Origin: Neovahlkampfia damariscottae | Lineage: Eukaryota | Assembly (NCBI GenBank): GCA_016618085.1 | Contig: JABLTG010000179.1 | Coordinates: forward strand, 1 to 36,518 | DNA: 36,518 bases | Direction: 5' to 3' | Shown: positions 33,218-36,518 of the stretch, one piece after another | How positions within the stretch are numbered: the first letter of the stretch is position 1 | How the letters are laid out: each line of letters opens with the position of its first letter | Notes under the pieces: generated by a model | Database searches by the model: none | What the model saw: the letters and a program-made list of their open reading frames with translations, nothing else | Told to the model about the DNA's origin: nothing | Position numbers and translations under genes: made by a program

Positions 33218-33810
33218 ATGCAACACTACACCTTCACTCAAGTTGATCCATCCAAAGAAAGAACAAAGAGACGTCCTTGGATTGACAAGATACCAAAAGG
33301 TAAAAAAAAACAAATTCTGAATCTTCAGAACATCAAAACAAATTCCAAAACTTTGAAAATGTAAAAAACTGTATGGCAGAAAATGCAGAAGATGAAGTAG
33401 ACAGAATCTTGAAAGGTACAGGGTTCAGCTGCGATTTTTTGCAAAAAAAATACTCAAAAGACAAAAAATTTCATTGTGTTTTTGATTTGAAGGGAAGAAC
33501 AATGTGGTTCAATGATTCTTACCAAAAACTCACAAAAAGAAGTCGAAGTGAATACTTGAAATCAAATTGTGTTGAAAACATTCTCAAATACAATCCAGAT
33601 CATCCTGTCAACGATTTCTTGGTCAATTTACTCAAAGAACAACCAAAGGAATCAATAAGTAACTAATTCTTTGAATTTATTTTTTATAAAGTTGAAACAT
33701 CAGAACTATTTATGTATACACAGGATATTCGTTTCCGCAGCCATTTCGAAAGAATTGACAATGAAAGTGGACCTGTTGCGTTCTTGGCTCATTTTAGTCC
33801 TTCAATATAA
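33218..33810 (+). CDS. Small PAS-like domain protein (paralog 1, 3 exons)
   Basis: FHCVFDLKGRTMWFNDSYQKLTKRSRSEYL; introns at the same positions as paralog 2. Confidence 0.65.
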
Positions 33811-34047
33811 TCCAAATGTAATTGTATGAGATTTTCATTAAAGATCTTCACTAAAAAATTCGTCAGTCTTTTTTTTCATTGCATTTCTTTTTCAGAAGTT
33901 CTGAGAAAACTTCAGTTTACCCATGAAGTTCAGCGCAGTAAAAACAGATTCCATTCAGATTTCCAAATGGAGTCTTTCCAAAAATACACTAGTCAAATCT
34001 GGCAATTTTTTTTTTTCTGTTTCATCCAATCACAGTGCTTTTTGTAC

Positions 34048-34677
34048 ATGGAAAGCAAAAGCAAAAAATTCCACTACACCTTCAATTTGGTAGATCCAAC
34101 AAAAAAAAAGAAAAACAAAAGGAATTGGGTGACTCAACTTCCAGAAGGTAAGTATATAATAACAAACTCAAAAATCAACAGAACAACAAACTCAATTTAA
34201 AAAATTTGAATTAACAGATGAAGTAAAGTCTAAACACCAAAGAAATACAGAAAGAATTAATAAATTATTACAAGGAACAGGATACAACTTTAAGAAATTG
34301 GAGGAATTATACTCAAATGACACGGTATTTCATATTGTGTTCGATATAAAAGGTCAATCTATTTGGTTTAACCAGTGTTTCATGGAGTACACCAACAGAA
34401 ATAGGAATGATTACTTAAAACCAAATTTCGTGGATGTATTGCTTAAATTTAATCCAGACCATCCTTACACCTCATTTTTTGTAGGACTATTACAGGACCG
34501 ACCAAAACAAGCTAAAAGTATGTTGTTTATTTAGAATTAATCTTTGAAGTTGAAACATCTGAAATTACTCTGTCCAGCAACAGAAAAGTGACATTTCGTG
34601 CAAATTATGAACGATTAGACAATGAAGAAGGTCCAGTGGGCTACCTTTCACATTATGAAGAAACCTTCAATAAATGA
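34048..34677 (+). CDS. Small PAS-like domain protein (paralog 2, 3 exons)
   Basis: FHIVFDIKGQSIWFNQCFMEYTNRNRNDYL; shares HYTF..VDP, NPDHP, VETSE and ER.DNE.GPV with paralog 1. Confidence 0.65.
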
Positions 34678-34752
34678 AGATTCATTTCATGATTTATTTT
34701 GGTCGCAAAAAATGTGGACTAATTAGGAAAATGTATAAAAGAAGCAAGTATT

Positions 34753-36227
34753 TTATTCAAACTTTTTCAAGTTAGAAGAAGTTGATTTAATTGAGTTTTC
34801 AATTTCTTTTAGTTTCTTTGGAGTAGATTCTGGTTTTTTATCTTCTACTTTAATCTCTTTTTCAATTTTTCCGACTTTATGATCGATTTTCTTGAGTTGA
34901 TTTGTTTCACCAGATGTGTTTCTTCCTTTTCTTCTTTTTCTACTTTTTCTATATTTAATGAATTTTGGAATACCAAAAAAGTTTCCATCTCCTCTTCCAG
35001 TTTTTACTGAAAATTTAATTTTCTTATTGCTCTTTTTGTCTCCAGAAAAATCTTGAATGATCAATTTGATTTCATTAAGAGCTTGTGTAATAGTAGCTTG
35101 AGATTTTCCATGAAGCCTCATAGAATCAGAACATCTTTCGCCCTTCAAATTAGATAAATAAGTTTTTTCAAAATCCAAATTGTGAATATCAAATTGTTGA
35201 ATTCTTTGTTGTTTAGTGAGTTTATTTAAATGATGGAAAAATCTTCCATAATTAGAACATACAATATTCACGTTGATTTACACCTTTGATAATCTCTATG
35301 AATTTATCTCTAACCAATTTTTGTAAACCTTCAAATAATTTGTTTTGATAAGCAATTACTCTTGCTGGGTTTCCAATTTGAATTTGTTTGAGTTTTTTGT
35401 ATGCTTGTGACATTGAATTTCCTTCTTCATCTTTTTGTCCAAGTGGTGTTGGATTTTGAGCTTTTTCATATTCGGATAATTTTTGAGCAACAGTCTGAGT
35501 GTAAGAAGGGTTTCCTTTGCATATTTTAGCAAATCTTTTCAATCCATTTTTATAGTCGTTCAAGATTTGGAGAATTTCAATATTTTTCCTTTGAATGAGA
35601 CTGACAGATCCTTTTGCAGCCCATTTGAGGAACAATGTATCATATTTAGTTTCATTGGCTTCTTCATTTTCATTGTAAAAATCTTTTTCAGTTTTTTGAG
35701 TGACACCTTCAACCAATTTTCTAAAGAGGATGGATATTTTTTCTGTCTTTTGATTGGTTCCTGAAAATAAAGCATTTTCACAAACCCAGTTGTATGATTT
35801 CTTTTCGTCTTTGTTCACTTGAACTCTTTTTGTAAAATCGAAGTATTCAATTGATTCAGAAATATGTACTGGACAATTGATAAGATTGTTTCAATTATAA
35901 CCACATACTTTTCTGTCAACACATCCTGATTTTTGGAAAAATGTTAACTTGTTAAGTACTTTAGCAGTGTTGTCAAGAGATTCTTCAGCAATGTTCAAAG
36001 CAGCTGCTAAACTTGGAAATGCTTTTGCAAATAATTTGAAAGATAATTTTCTTGCTTTTTTCTCAAGTTCAATAGCTTTTTTCTTTGCTTCCTCAAATGC
36101 TCTCTTTGTTTGATTGCCATTTTTTTTTTCATCTTAACCATGATGTTGGACTTTACGCAGGAACCCCCTAGGTGAAAAGAACTAAGCTTAAAAGAATGGA
36201 CAATAAAAGTACAAATCCTTTATTCAT
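34753..36227 (-). pseudogene. Disrupted gene for a secreted ~480-aa protein with a C-terminal Smr-like segment
   Basis: Signal peptide MNKGFVLLLSILLSLVLFT followed by TAG and TAA; in-frame TGA at ~35891; frameshifts at ~36130 and ~35265; RLHG...VKTGRG. Confidence 0.55.
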
Positions 36228-36518
36228 GTCAAGCAATAAAACAAGTTGTTTGGCTAATTAATTCATCCAATGGGAATATTGACTAAATTAGAAGAATCAA
36301 AATCCTTTGACGTTTAAACCCAATTCATTGAAAATTGAAAAACTTCACCAAATACACCAACTAGTACTATATCAAATACAGAATTTGAATTAAAAATCAA
36401 AACCAAATTCGTCATGGTCATGGTCAAAAAAAAAATTCCATTGTACATTTTATTAACTTGAAGATTAAAAATCTCAAATCAAACAACTCAACACCAAAGT
36501 TAAAAATTAATAAGAGAA

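Noticed and set aside
1844..35781. Many short antisense or alternative-frame ORFs, and poly-Lys/poly-Phe ORF tails
   Set aside because: They are shadows of real genes, or read-through into A/T-rich introns.
35885..35900. In-frame TGA as selenocysteine or an alternative genetic code
   Set aside because: The same gene has TAG, TAA and frameshifts, and other genes end normally at TAA, TAG or TGA. A pseudogene is the simpler explanation.
35869..35908. GTATGT...CAG intron removing that TGA
   Set aside because: At 40 nt it shifts the frame into an early stop; the unspliced frame continues into the downstream ORF.
1..36518. tRNA, rRNA, snRNA or snoRNA genes; giant-virus or prokaryotic origin
   Set aside because: No recognisable RNA-gene structure was seen by eye. 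Spliceosomal introns and core eukaryotic genes indicate nuclear DNA.

Overview
Very AT-rich, gene-dense eukaryotic nuclear DNA, not prokaryotic. It holds about 33 genes, most split by short (~25-50 nt) GT-AG introns, with intergenic gaps often under 100 nt. The gene content (tandem RWP-RK genes, an RGS fusion, PAS-only proteins, GNPTAB) suggests a free-living amoeboid protist, possibly a heterolobosean; this is an inference. The window opens with a two-gene PIF/Harbinger-type transposon: a disrupted DDE transposase, a divergent Myb/SANT-like gene and a 10-nt-periodic flanking repeat array. Housekeeping and signalling genes follow (MAK16, NUS1, ERD2, QCR8, Ras, adenylate kinase, ALKBH6, UBX protein, TPRA1-like, Rxt3-like). 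The most notable signals are: introns that are almost pure poly(A) with no polypyrimidine tract; 5-24 nt microexons; ~40-80 nt bidirectional CCAAT promoters and abutting or overlapping convergent genes; a degenerate double-CRIB PAK pseudokinase; an F-box/Rho-like pseudo-GTPase fusion; a full GNPTAB with an animal-like S1P cleavage site; a PTS1-bearing SABATH methyltransferase; and a decayed secreted Smr-like gene. Exon structures were assembled by eye. Some frameshifts may be homopolymer assembly errors.
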